DNA from: an uncultured Methylococcaceae bacterium
GTDB lineage: Bacteria > Pseudomonadota > Gammaproteobacteria > Methylococcales > UBA1147
Assembly (NCBI GenBank): GCA_964528035.1
Contig: CAZGQY010000001.1
Location: 5,084-69,083 of the forward strand
Direction: 5' to 3'
Length of the DNA stretch: 64,000 bases
Under the pieces are notes generated by a model. It ran no database searches, was not told the DNA's origin, and saw nothing but the letters and a program-made list of their open reading frames with translations. A program made the translations under genes and the position numbers. Positions 11,601-20,091 of the stretch are shown here, piece by piece (positions within the stretch are counted from its first letter, which is position 1; each line of letters begins with the position of its first letter).

Positions 11601-12433
11601 AACAAATGAGGTTTATCAATTTCAACTTCACCGGAAAGAGCATTAAGCGCAGATTTCTCCAGGGTACTCCATAAGCGAATATTCCCATGCCCTGAATGAA
11701 TACCATACCCATAGACAGTAAGATCTTCTAAAAGCGCCCCATATTCCAAATCATTGGCTTCGAAATAAATCTGCCCATCGCAACAATCGGGTAGAAACGG
11801 ATTCCCCCGAAAATCCACCCTTATAGAGAGTAAATGACCATACTCATTCGGTAAAGCCAGGTCGATTGCCATTCTGTGGCGATGGTTATGATTCGACACA
11901 CGAACATCCACATGGGAAAGGGTCACTTCTACCCCTGCTTTTGTTAAATCCCGCCAGGTCACTTCACTGTCCAGTAACTGAAATCGGCCATCTTCAACAA
12001 ACCATTGCGGCATTTCACCGCCCGAGTCAAAGCCAACTAATTTCAATTCACCATCGACTTCTCTGCGAATCGATATTTGCGCACCAATGACTGTCAAAGC
12101 CTGAGGTTGGAACTCACCACTAACCAGCAATTTTCTTGTATTCAACCCACCACGCATTTCTGCAAAACGCAACAACACTTCGCCACTATCCTTGTGAAGT
12201 ATCGCTACGTCAGTCATTTCAGCCTGGATTTGAAACCCATTCAACACAGCTCTGATTTTACCGATTTCTACCGGAGCACCAATGGCCTGGCTAATTTGGG
12301 AAACGATTTGCTCCCTGTATTCTTCAATATCAGGCAGAACGATTCGGATTGCCAACATCAAGATTGTCAAACCGACCAGAATGAATAAGAAAACGCCACG
12401 AACGACTTGGCTTAAATGAAAGATCAGATACAC
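8630..12433 (-). CDS. yhdP: YhdP-family (AsmA-like) envelope protein
   Basis: 1267-aa ORF (E. coli YhdP is 1266 aa) with a single N-terminal TM helix. It keeps the position between rng and tldD seen in enterobacteria. Confidence 0.8.
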   Translation of the reverse strand: MYLIFHLSQVVRGVFLFILVGLTILMLAIRIVLPDIEEYREQIVSQISQAIGAPVEIGKIRAVLNGFQIQAEMTDVAILHKDSGEVLLRFAEMRGGLNTRKLLVSGEFQPQALTVIGAQISIRREVDGELKLVGFDSGGEMPQWFVEDGRFQLLDSEVTWRDLTKAGVEVTLSHVDVRVSNHNHRHRMAIDLALPNEYGHLLSIRVDFRGNPFLPDCCDGQIYFEANDLEYGALLEDLTVYGYGIHSGHGNIRLWSTLEKSALNALSGEVEIDKPHLFRSQAANGEADLSFSPNHLSTFFNWVKDDKQWNFSLNRLFLEDAKVVDGFRFAQTRNSTDGRTGYSGVASYVNLQQINNIGLGLQIVGSDTQQLLETLAPRGELHKFRVNYDESSEALREFQVCGEFLGVGINSWRNYLGVKNLTGRICGNENKGWVKLGGTNTEFSLPEVFRYPILLDTLQGVLHWNTSAQGRELSSEMIVANTADISTRSRLTLNWTKDSLGPVIDLLVKFDKGNGSKVYRYLPYNVLSKPTIDWLDRAFLSGVISKGGMILRGPVEAFPYRGSEGVFEVLFNTRDVELIYHQDWPHAFIENGDVRFFQAGMEIHVNRSSILGAAIDTVNVVTSDFDFDDYMNIKGAAHGSIPKMLEVLKRSPLGSDYESLLNVVTLSGENNLNLKLKIPVSDRVSEVLVEGVIDLKKAKASTFSVNFEQIKGRLNFTHSGLNGSGISARIFGAPVTLELSDIESGMALKISGEMGVGQLRKHYASDLWEHFGGRSNYRIDLNIPKLSEKLFADISLMSNLKGIEVKLPAPLAKSARQIRPLRLKMHLEKDRDIPLNIEYDRVFKSHLIYSGDEKNLNLKRGVVQLGGTTIADDPSTGLGIYAHAESIDLDPWHRFFKSFSTKSATSSGLLSRVEINTSHLKYSNQDFGALEFSMRKQGKKWLGFSKNQYIDGYISTFGGGEKNSGIEMDLNVLKLPQFKDKEGVTVEKTTQWEPQAIPPLRIKAADFILKKIHFGRLELLTSKQSKGIKINRLTVADTNHRLNLSGDWLQLGRRIASSVSGDLKIDDLGLFLSHMGKADVIEKSATQTKFNLNWKGAPFQLQADSLSGSADIEFGQGRLLTVEPGIGHLFGLFNLDALKSLLLLDFGHLFGVGLAFDELKSSFQLLDGRATIRQFYINAVPANITVEGDIDLVDEKLDDIVTVIPKGVVAMGASVLLNQQLPGHAVDGLISRQYGVTGKWDSPAITRLPGSGGLLRNGWLPDFNPAE

Positions 12434-12542
12434 ACAAATCTATAGACTGTAAATAACACGGGCACGGAGAAATCGCTGCATTTAACCCAATATTTCCAGA
12501 TTTCCAGATCCGTATTGGTAGCAAAAACAGACAGGAATCGCA

Positions 12543-13997
12543 TCACAATATAACCACATCGTATTGTTCCTGAGTATAGTGAATCTCAGCACGGATTCGA
12601 ATTCGGACAGACAAAAACTTTTCCAATTCTGCAAGCGTAGCGGCTTCTTCGTCAAGCAGCCTTTCAACCACATCATTCGACGCCAGAACCAATAGACTGT
12701 CCATACTATACTGCCTGACCTCACGGATAATTTCTCGAAAGATTTCCAGACATGTAGTTTCCGCTGTCTTAAGAACCCCTCGGCCATCACAGGATGAACA
12801 GCTTTCACACAAAATATTTTCCAGGCTGCCACGTGTCCGCTTGCGCGTCATTTCCACCAATCCCAAGGTAGATACCTCAGAAATACAGGTTTTGGCATGA
12901 TCTTTTTCCAGATTTTTTTCCAGCTCCCGCATGACTTGAATTTTATGATCATCGTCTTGCATATCGATAAAATCGATTATGATGATACCGCCCAGGTTAC
13001 GTAAGCGCAGTTGCCTGACCAAAGTCTGCGCAGCTTCAAGATTTGTTTTAAAAATAGTTTCTTCCAGACTGCGTTTACCCACATAACCACCGGTATTAAC
13101 ATCAATGGTGGTCATCGCCTCGTTTTGGTCAAAAACCAGGTACCCGCCGGATTTAAGGAAAACCTTTCGCGCCAATGCTTTTTGAATATCATCCTCAATT
13201 GAGAACATATCGAATATCGGACGTTCCCCAGAGTAGTGCTCCATCATGGGCGTAACATCTGGCAAAAATTCTTCAGAAAACTTCACCATTTGCTGATAAG
13301 TCTCCTTGGAATCTACGCGGATTTTTTCCACTTTCTTGCGATAAAGATCACGCAAAGCGCGAATACTCAAAGGCAAGTCGCCATGGATTAATGTTTTAGA
13401 GCTTGATCGATGCATACGTTCACAAATCGAATGCCAAAGCTTTACCAGAAACATCATATCCGAACGCAAATACTCTTCATCAACACATTCGGCAGCCGTT
13501 CGAGCAATAAACCCACCACTGCTAAATTCATCCTTGAATTTGTCTATACACGCTTTTAATCTCTCTCTTTCTATTTCATTTTCTATCCTAAGGGACAATC
13601 CAGAAGTATCAGAATAGGGCATATACACCATATAGCGCGACGGTATCGATAATTTAGTTGTCAAACGAGCACCTTTGGAACCCAAAGGATCTTTTATTAC
13701 CTGAACGACCAATTCTTGCCTTTCCCTTAACAAATGATCGATATCCTCCGACCCCTGGTTTTCCCTGTCCCGACAATTCAGGTCTGAAACATGCAAAAAT
13801 GCACCCCATTCAAACCCTATATCAACGAATGCCGCATGCATACCCGGCAGAACCCGACACACCTCACCTTTGTAGATATTACCAACCAAACCTTTCTTTC
13901 TGCTTCGTTCAATTATGACTTCCTGAACAATTCCATTTTCAACGACTGCAACACGTGTCTCTTCAGGTGTTATGTTGACTAATATTTCATCACTCAT
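12543..13997 (-). CDS. rng: ribonuclease G
   Basis: 484-aa ORF collinear with E. coli Rng from memory: an S1 domain (VGNIYKGEVCRVLPGMHAAFVDIG), then DQNEAMTTIDVNTG, LRLRNLGGIIIIDFIDM and GLVEMTRKRTR. Confidence 0.9.
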   Translation of the reverse strand: MSDEILVNITPEETRVAVVENGIVQEVIIERSRKKGLVGNIYKGEVCRVLPGMHAAFVDIGFEWGAFLHVSDLNCRDRENQGSEDIDHLLRERQELVVQVIKDPLGSKGARLTTKLSIPSRYMVYMPYSDTSGLSLRIENEIERERLKACIDKFKDEFSSGGFIARTAAECVDEEYLRSDMMFLVKLWHSICERMHRSSSKTLIHGDLPLSIRALRDLYRKKVEKIRVDSKETYQQMVKFSEEFLPDVTPMMEHYSGERPIFDMFSIEDDIQKALARKVFLKSGGYLVFDQNEAMTTIDVNTGGYVGKRSLEETIFKTNLEAAQTLVRQLRLRNLGGIIIIDFIDMQDDDHKIQVMRELEKNLEKDHAKTCISEVSTLGLVEMTRKRTRGSLENILCESCSSCDGRGVLKTAETTCLEIFREIIREVRQYSMDSLLVLASNDVVERLLDEEAATLAELEKFLSVRIRIRAEIHYTQEQYDVVIL

Positions 13998-14232
13998 ATA
14001 TAAAAGCTTTAATTAATTGATGCCGACGATCCAGGCTGATCGAATTTAACACTGTGTATTCACTCTGGCTTTCTTTACCAAAAAAGGCATTGACTTCTGT
14101 TGTCCATACCTCGGCAATGCTGTTTTTGCAGTAGAATAGCGAACCGTAGTTTAAGCATGCCAGACTAATAAAGACTTGCGCCGCTGACCATAATACGTAG
14201 TGACTGGATGCCATTGAGCCACCAATAGCCAT
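13990..14232 (-). CDS. hypothetical small membrane protein (80 aa), uncertain
   Basis: This ORF fills the maf-rng spacer exactly. Its ATG at 14232 is 9 nt after the maf stop, and its stop overlaps the rng start by 8 nt. It has one hydrophobic segment (YVLWSAAQVFISLACLNYGSLFY). There is no clear SD and no recognisable family. Confidence 0.3.
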   Translation of the reverse strand: MAIGGSMASSHYVLWSAAQVFISLACLNYGSLFYCKNSIAEVWTTEVNAFFGKESQSEYTVLNSISLDRRHQLIKAFIYE

Positions 14233-14241
14233 TTAAGCGAT

Positions 14242-14859
14242 CTACGACAATGTTCCAATAGAGACACCTTCTGCTACCAATAACTCACTTGTTTCATAAA
14301 GAGGCAAACCAACCACGCCACTGAAACTACCCTGAATTTGCTTGACAAACACAGCCGCAAGCCCCTGAATCCCATATGCTCCCGCTTTATCCAAAGGCTC
14401 TTGCGTGGCACAGTAATCCCTGATTTCCTGCTCGCTTATTTCACGAAAGCAAACCTGTGTAACACTGACAGTCTGAGTATGCCGGGCACCACGCAGAGAA
14501 ACCGCACTCATAACCAAATGTTCCTGCCCCGAAAGCCGCGACAACATTTCCATGGCCTTACCCTCGCTTGCGGGTTTCCCCAATACACGATCATGCAAAA
14601 CAACGATTGTATCCGCTCCGAGTACCGGTAAACTGTCCCCTGCTAATTCATAACCACGCAATGACTTTTCAGCAGCCATTCGAGATACATAGTCAGGTGG
14701 CTTCTCATTCTGACGAAGACTCTCATCAATATTAACAGGCAAAGTAACATATCGGACACCAATCTGGCTAAGTAATTCACGACGCCGTGGCGAGGATGAA
14801 GCCAGTACAATCTGCGCCGCGCCTACAGGCTCCGTATTTTCGGGCAACCTCGTGGACAC
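14242..14859 (-). CDS. maf: Maf-like nucleoside triphosphate pyrophosphatase (YhdE type)
   Basis: 205-aa ORF. VLASSSPRRRELL, GADTIV and DKAGAYGIQG are Maf signatures. It lies upstream of rng, as in E. coli. Confidence 0.85.
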   Translation of the reverse strand: MSTRLPENTEPVGAAQIVLASSSPRRRELLSQIGVRYVTLPVNIDESLRQNEKPPDYVSRMAAEKSLRGYELAGDSLPVLGADTIVVLHDRVLGKPASEGKAMEMLSRLSGQEHLVMSAVSLRGARHTQTVSVTQVCFREISEQEIRDYCATQEPLDKAGAYGIQGLAAVFVKQIQGSFSGVVGLPLYETSELLVAEGVSIGTLS

Positions 14860-14861
14860 GC

Positions 14862-15329
14862 TTACTTATGATACGGGTGATTTCGCAGCATACTCCAACC
14901 GCGATAGAGCTGCTCGGCAACGATAATACGTACCATGGGGTGAGGAAAGGTCAGTCTGGACAAGCTCCACGTCTCATTCGCTTTTGCCCGACAATCTTCT
15001 GACAGACCTTCGGGCCCACCGATCAAAAGCGTGATATTCTTGCCCAACGACATCCACCTGGACAATGCTGCCGCCACTTCAATCGTACCCCACTGTGTTC
15101 CATTCATATCCAACGCAACGACATGTGCAGTCCGCGGAACGGCCCCCATTATTTTGTCTCCTTCGATTTTCATCAAACGCTGAACACTATTTCGACTTTT
15201 ACGTTTTTCCGCAGGAATTTCGGTCAAGATCAAATGACATTCACCCACTAAACGCTTTTGATATTCCAAAAACCCCTGCTCTACCCAGGATGGCATTTTA
15301 GTTCCAACCGCAATCATAGTGATATCCAT
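14862..15329 (-). CDS. rlmH: 23S rRNA (pseudouridine1915-N3)-methyltransferase RlmH
   Basis: 155-aa ORF collinear with E. coli RlmH from memory (IAVGTKMPSWVEQGF, LLIGGPEGLSEDC, LTFPHPMVRIIVAEQLYRGWSMLRNHPYH). Confidence 0.9.
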   Translation of the reverse strand: MDITMIAVGTKMPSWVEQGFLEYQKRLVGECHLILTEIPAEKRKSRNSVQRLMKIEGDKIMGAVPRTAHVVALDMNGTQWGTIEVAAALSRWMSLGKNITLLIGGPEGLSEDCRAKANETWSLSRLTFPHPMVRIIVAEQLYRGWSMLRNHPYHK

Positions 15330-15623
15330 ACGTATTTATTCGGTTGACTTACTGTACAGGACACAGATTATAGTTTGTTAGAGACGCACAATTAAGACCC
15401 TGTAAACTCTAATGAAGCCAGGCTGTTGAGAAACCGAAACATTCTACATTTCGCATACTCTGCGGAAACACAGTGATTAGTTATTCTCAATTCTACCCGA
15501 CTGTCCAGCTAATACCGGTGAAATTCGAAATTAAGCAACCCGGTACTTTATTTTTGTTTGACAAATATTTCTATAATTGTTTAATTCTATCCTGTTTATG
15601 CTTCATTTTGCGACATTTGTTTT

Positions 15624-16652
15624 ATGACTACCGACAATATCGATTGCCAACTCGCGGATTGGAAATCATGTGCAAATAATTTTGAAAATGAACTCAAAAA
15701 AGCAATTTTTGGCCTGGATCGATCCATTCACCTGATTACTACTGCGATCTTTTCACGTGGCCATGTCATGCTGGAAGGCGATGTTGGAGTTGGAAAAACC
15801 ACGCTGCTCCGCGCAGTCGCGCGAGGCATCGGCGGCGCATACCAACGCATTGAAGGCACCATCGACTTAATGCCCAACGATTTGATCTACCACACGTATA
15901 TCAATCAACAAGGCAAACCGCAAGTCGACCCTGGGCCAGTGCTAAAACACGGCGAACAGCTCTCCACGTTCTTTTTTAACGAAGTCAATCGTGCCCGGCC
16001 TCAAGTTCACTCACTGTTACTTCGGATCATGGCTGAGCGCAGCCTGACCGCGTTCAATCGTGAATATCATTTTCCGCACTTACAGGTTTTTGCTGACCGA
16101 AACCGGGTAGAAAAAGAAGAAACCTTTGAAATGCCGTCAGCAGCACGAGACCGGTTTTTAATGGAAATCAATATTGAAACTCCTAACGATGCCAACATCC
16201 GAAGATCTTTAATATTCGATACAAAGTTTCACAACACAGCCTCACTGGTCGACCAGGTAGCCCCAGGGAACCTTCCATTCGAAGAACTCAACTCGATCAG
16301 CCATTTAATTCAAACACAGGTCGTTACCAGTGAAACGCTGCAATCTTATGCGCTGGATTTATGGGAAGCCACTCGCAACCCGAAAGAATTCGGCATCAAG
16401 CTGGACAATGTCGATATGGATAATCTGATCATGGCAGGTGCAAGTGCTCGTGGAATGAGTATGTTGTTACGCGCCGCCAGAGTTACCGCCTGGTTAAACG
16501 ACAGAACAGCAGTTGTACCGGAAGACATTCAGGAAATATTTTACGAAACCATCGCTCACCGTATATTCCTGACACCCACCTGGGAAATGCGCCGCCAACA
16601 GTTGATAGAACCACTGATTACAGGCATTTTACAGGCTGTTTCATCGCCTTAA
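15624..16652 (+). CDS. MoxR-like AAA+ ATPase
   Basis: 342-aa ORF. Walker A is GDVGVGKT. The Walker B region is FFFNEVNRARPQVHSLLLRIMAE, which has Asn where MoxR proteins usually have Asp. It is the first gene of a DUF58/VWA operon. Confidence 0.85.
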   Translation: MTTDNIDCQLADWKSCANNFENELKKAIFGLDRSIHLITTAIFSRGHVMLEGDVGVGKTTLLRAVARGIGGAYQRIEGTIDLMPNDLIYHTYINQQGKPQVDPGPVLKHGEQLSTFFFNEVNRARPQVHSLLLRIMAERSLTAFNREYHFPHLQVFADRNRVEKEETFEMPSAARDRFLMEINIETPNDANIRRSLIFDTKFHNTASLVDQVAPGNLPFEELNSISHLIQTQVVTSETLQSYALDLWEATRNPKEFGIKLDNVDMDNLIMAGASARGMSMLLRAARVTAWLNDRTAVVPEDIQEIFYETIAHRIFLTPTWEMRRQQLIEPLITGILQAVSSP

Positions 16653-16702
16653 CCAACGGTTTCTAACAACAACTATAGATAAGAGGGGCTGTAAAACAAA
16701 GT

Positions 16703-17590
16703 ATGTCGACTCAATACAGACCCACCGTCGAAATAAAAGGCGGTTATCAACAACAGGAATTTCACTACCATGTACCCTGGCGAACACGGAGTGCAACCCC
16801 CGGTCGTCACCATAGCACCCAGTTCGGAGGAGGCTATGAGTTTCATGGTCATGCGCCTCTGGTTTCACACCCGGATCCACGTAAAATTGATATTCACGCC
16901 AGTCTGCACGATCCATTTGGCCAATATGTGGTTCGAACCTTCCGGCAACGCAGCTCGATTCCTGTATATGTAATCGCAGACTTGTCTGCTTCCATGGGAA
17001 TTCAAGGCCGACAGAACAAAATGCGTTTATTGACCGAATTTAGCCAATGTACCGCGTATTCCGCCTATCGTAACGGAGATCCTTTTGGCTTTATTCCCTG
17101 CAGTAACTCTATACTGTGGGACTTATTCACACCACTTCGCTGGAACCGAGGAATCACTCAGAGTTTGACAGAGAAATTAAGCCACTATGTTCCTCATGGA
17201 CAATCTGTTGATGGAATCATGGAAACCCGGGATATAATGGGTAAACAACGTTCGTTGGTATTTTTGATCTCGGATTTTCATTTTCCGATTGAATTTTTAA
17301 GAAATTTACTTAAAAATCTAATCCCCCACGACGTTGTTCCGATTGTCATTTGGGATTCTCCTGAAACTGCATTTCCAAATTGGGGCATAGTACGTCTAAT
17401 CGATAGCGAATCAAAACAGGAGCGCTGCTTATTTCTACGTCCAAAACTACGCGAGCGTATTATCCAGGCATATGAAGAACGTCGTGTATTGCTTAAAAAA
17501 ACCTTTACTGAATTTGGCAGAGAAGCCTTATTTTTGACGGCTCCGTTTAACGCTGACCAGTTGACTGCGTATTTTTCCGGAAATGGCTAA
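16703..17590 (+). CDS. DUF58-like protein (VWA-fold partner of MoxR)
   Basis: 295-aa ORF. It has HPDPRKIDIHAS followed by VYVIADLSASMG, a DxSxS MIDAS-like motif, in the order expected for DUF58 proteins encoded after moxR. Confidence 0.7.
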   Translation: MSTQYRPTVEIKGGYQQQEFHYHVPWRTRSATPGRHHSTQFGGGYEFHGHAPLVSHPDPRKIDIHASLHDPFGQYVVRTFRQRSSIPVYVIADLSASMGIQGRQNKMRLLTEFSQCTAYSAYRNGDPFGFIPCSNSILWDLFTPLRWNRGITQSLTEKLSHYVPHGQSVDGIMETRDIMGKQRSLVFLISDFHFPIEFLRNLLKNLIPHDVVPIVIWDSPETAFPNWGIVRLIDSESKQERCLFLRPKLRERIIQAYEERRVLLKKTFTEFGREALFLTAPFNADQLTAYFSGNG

Positions 17591-18542
17591 CACTGTATTG
17601 GATCGAATCTCAATTCCTATTGGCTTTATAGTCTTCTTTTGTACAATTTTTCGGAGCGATACAGCACTGGCCACGAATAAACCAATCACTCCTGAACCTA
17701 TACAACAAATCGAATTACAGGCTGATCGGAATTTCGGCTACGTAATTGGCGACCTGGTACATCACCGCATTTTCGTTTCTATTGAAAATCCTTACCGCCT
17801 GGATTTGGCAATACTCCCCACGCCTGGAGCATTGAACCCTGGGTTAAGCGTACACACTATTCAGATATCTGAAAATCAATTAACAACAGCAACAAAATAC
17901 TTAATTGACCTGAAATATCAACTGTATCGTAGCGTAGAGCGCTCTGAAGAAATAATCATTCCTGGATTTAGAATTCGAGCCACCAAGAAAACCCAGTGGG
18001 CCGAGGCGCAGACGCCACCCTGGAAATTGACAATGATGCCCTTGATCTCTGAACAAAGCGCTGACCAGGACGTTGTAATCCGTCCACCCCGAAAACCTTT
18101 GTTAATTCCTCTGCAAGTGCACTACAGAATATTGATTGGATTAGTCATCGGTGTCTTTATTTTATCCGCGTTAATCGCCAGGATTTTCTATTTACCTGGA
18201 TTTTTAAACAGTACGAAACGCCCTTTCGCTGCCACGTGCGGCAATTTAAAGAGACTGCGCAAGCGACGCACAGATACTGCCGCAATGAGTGATGCAATGC
18301 GTGTTGTACACCAGGCATTCAATCATACTGCGGGGGAAACTGTATTTGCATCTCAACTTGACCAATTTTTCCAGAAAAACCCTGAATTTTGTACGCTGAG
18401 AAAACAAACAGAGCTGTTTTTTCAGCTCTCCAGACAGACATTCTTCCAGCAGGCTAAGACTATTAATAGCGAAAATTACGGCATCCCGTGGCTTCAATCA
18501 CTTTGCCAGCAATACCGAAAAATAGAAAGAACACTGTCGTGA
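17583..18542 (+). CDS. membrane protein of the MoxR/VWA operon (BatD/DUF4381-like position)
   Basis: 319-aa ORF overlapping the upstream stop by 8 nt. It has an N-terminal signal/anchor, a central TM helix (ILIGLVIGVFILSALIARIF) and a basic cytoplasmic tail. The family assignment is not secure. Confidence 0.6.
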   Translation: MANTVLDRISIPIGFIVFFCTIFRSDTALATNKPITPEPIQQIELQADRNFGYVIGDLVHHRIFVSIENPYRLDLAILPTPGALNPGLSVHTIQISENQLTTATKYLIDLKYQLYRSVERSEEIIIPGFRIRATKKTQWAEAQTPPWKLTMMPLISEQSADQDVVIRPPRKPLLIPLQVHYRILIGLVIGVFILSALIARIFYLPGFLNSTKRPFAATCGNLKRLRKRRTDTAAMSDAMRVVHQAFNHTAGETVFASQLDQFFQKNPEFCTLRKQTELFFQLSRQTFFQQAKTINSENYGIPWLQSLCQQYRKIERTLS

Positions 18543-19522
18543 CTGTTTCGTTCTCAAACCCGTGGGTATTGTTTGCGCTGATCATCACCGTAGTACCATT
18601 GCTCTATCGTTTCCAGTCGCCCTGTATTTATTCCTGGAACGCAATGATACCCACGGATTCCATTTCCAGGATTGTCGACATTGTAATACGAGTCGCCGCG
18701 TGTCTAAGCTTTTTCGCGATTATTCTGGGTTTATCCGGACCTTATAAAGGCGGTCACTGGATTAAAAAACCAGGGACTGGCGCGCAAATAGTTTTATTAC
18801 TAGATCGTAGCGCCAGCATGAACCAAAATTTTTCGGGCAAACACATGGGAGGCCGTTCCAGCGAAACCAAAGGTCGATACGCACAAAAGCTCCTGTCAGA
18901 ATTTGTGGAACAGAGAGAAAACGATTTATTTGCAATGGTTTCATTCAGCACCTCGCCGATTTATACCTTGCCCTTAACTCAAGATAAAACTGCTATTCTG
19001 GCTGCACTTCGTGCCGCATCGATGAAAGGTCGCGGAATTACCAATATCGCTTCAGGACTGGCAATGGCTTTGAAGTTTTTTGATCATCAATCACATTCTG
19101 GTTCACGAATCATCCTGTTAGTTTCCGATGGGGCAACCCGAATAGACGAAGACACTCAACACGCTTTGCACCAATGGTTTTACGAAAACCGAGTGACCTT
19201 ATACTGGATTTACATGCGCAGTCCTAACAGCAGCCACTTATCGGAACAACCGAACAACCCCACCGAAACCACATCGCCCGAATTCTTTTTGCATCAGTTT
19301 TTTAGAAACATGGCGATACCCTATCGCTCATATGAAGCGGAAAATCCGCAAGCAGTCAAACAAGCAATTAGTGACATCAGTGCGCTGGAAACTAAACCGA
19401 TCGTTTATCAGGAAAAAGTTGCGAAGACTGACCTGGCAAATTATTGCTACGGCTTCGCCAGCATATTGCTCAGTTTACTGTTGATCTCAAAAGCACTGGA
19501 GACCTCCTTGTGGAAAGAATGA
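18539..19522 (+). CDS. VWA-domain membrane protein (BatA-like)
   Basis: GTG 18539 overlaps the upstream TGA (GTGA). The alternative start is GTG 18488. The N-terminus FSNPWVLFALIITVVPLLY resembles the BatA N-terminal TM region. The MIDAS motif is LLLDRSASM. Confidence 0.75.
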   Translation: MTVSFSNPWVLFALIITVVPLLYRFQSPCIYSWNAMIPTDSISRIVDIVIRVAACLSFFAIILGLSGPYKGGHWIKKPGTGAQIVLLLDRSASMNQNFSGKHMGGRSSETKGRYAQKLLSEFVEQRENDLFAMVSFSTSPIYTLPLTQDKTAILAALRAASMKGRGITNIASGLAMALKFFDHQSHSGSRIILLVSDGATRIDEDTQHALHQWFYENRVTLYWIYMRSPNSSHLSEQPNNPTETTSPEFFLHQFFRNMAIPYRSYEAENPQAVKQAISDISALETKPIVYQEKVAKTDLANYCYGFASILLSLLLISKALETSLWKE

Positions 19523-20091
19523 TCCATTCGAAACGACCCAATTTCAGTCTGCTTCAATCACCGATGCTTGTATACATTTTGCTGTTTTTATTGGTAATCG
19601 CCAGCCTGGCTCAGAGTTTTAAAATCTACCGAATCGAGAATATTAACCAGGCACTATCCTCTCCCCAAAGCATCGAGATAAACGAACACACCCCAGCTCA
19701 GTTGGTATTTGCAAAAGCCTGGTACCTGGAAAACACCGGTCAATTTCAAGAAGCACTGCGCTTGTACAACCGCCTCGACAACAGCGTCGATAAGCCGTTA
19801 TTTGAAAGCGTCAAATACAACATGGGAACGCTATACCTGAAACAAGCAGCTAAACACTGGAATAGTAAAGGTGTATGGGCTTATTCTCAGGTCAACACAT
19901 GGACAGGACTGGCCGAACAGGCCTTTCGTGAAGTATTAAACAAAAATCCAAATAATTGGGACGCACGCTACAACCTTGAATATGCCCTGCGCATCAAACC
20001 ACCGCTTAAAGAAGTCGACAAAGCCGACTGGACAGGCCACAAAAGCAGCGTCCATTCCATCTATCCAGGAATCCCTGGAGGCAGCCCGTGA
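19519..20091 (+). CDS. TPR-like membrane-anchored protein (BatC-like)
   Basis: ATG 19519 overlaps the upstream TGA (ATGA). It has an N-terminal TM helix and then TPR-like helices (AWYLENTGQFQEALRLYNRL, AEQAFREVLNKNPNNWDARYNLEYAL). Confidence 0.6.
   Translation: MIHSKRPNFSLLQSPMLVYILLFLLVIASLAQSFKIYRIENINQALSSPQSIEINEHTPAQLVFAKAWYLENTGQFQEALRLYNRLDNSVDKPLFESVKYNMGTLYLKQAAKHWNSKGVWAYSQVNTWTGLAEQAFREVLNKNPNNWDARYNLEYALRIKPPLKEVDKADWTGHKSSVHSIYPGIPGGSP

Noticed and set aside
12330-12832. ORFs of 64 and 116 aa spanning the yhdP-rng junction.
   Set aside because: They overlap the 3' end of rng and the yhdP leader in other frames, and show no SD or recognisable motif.
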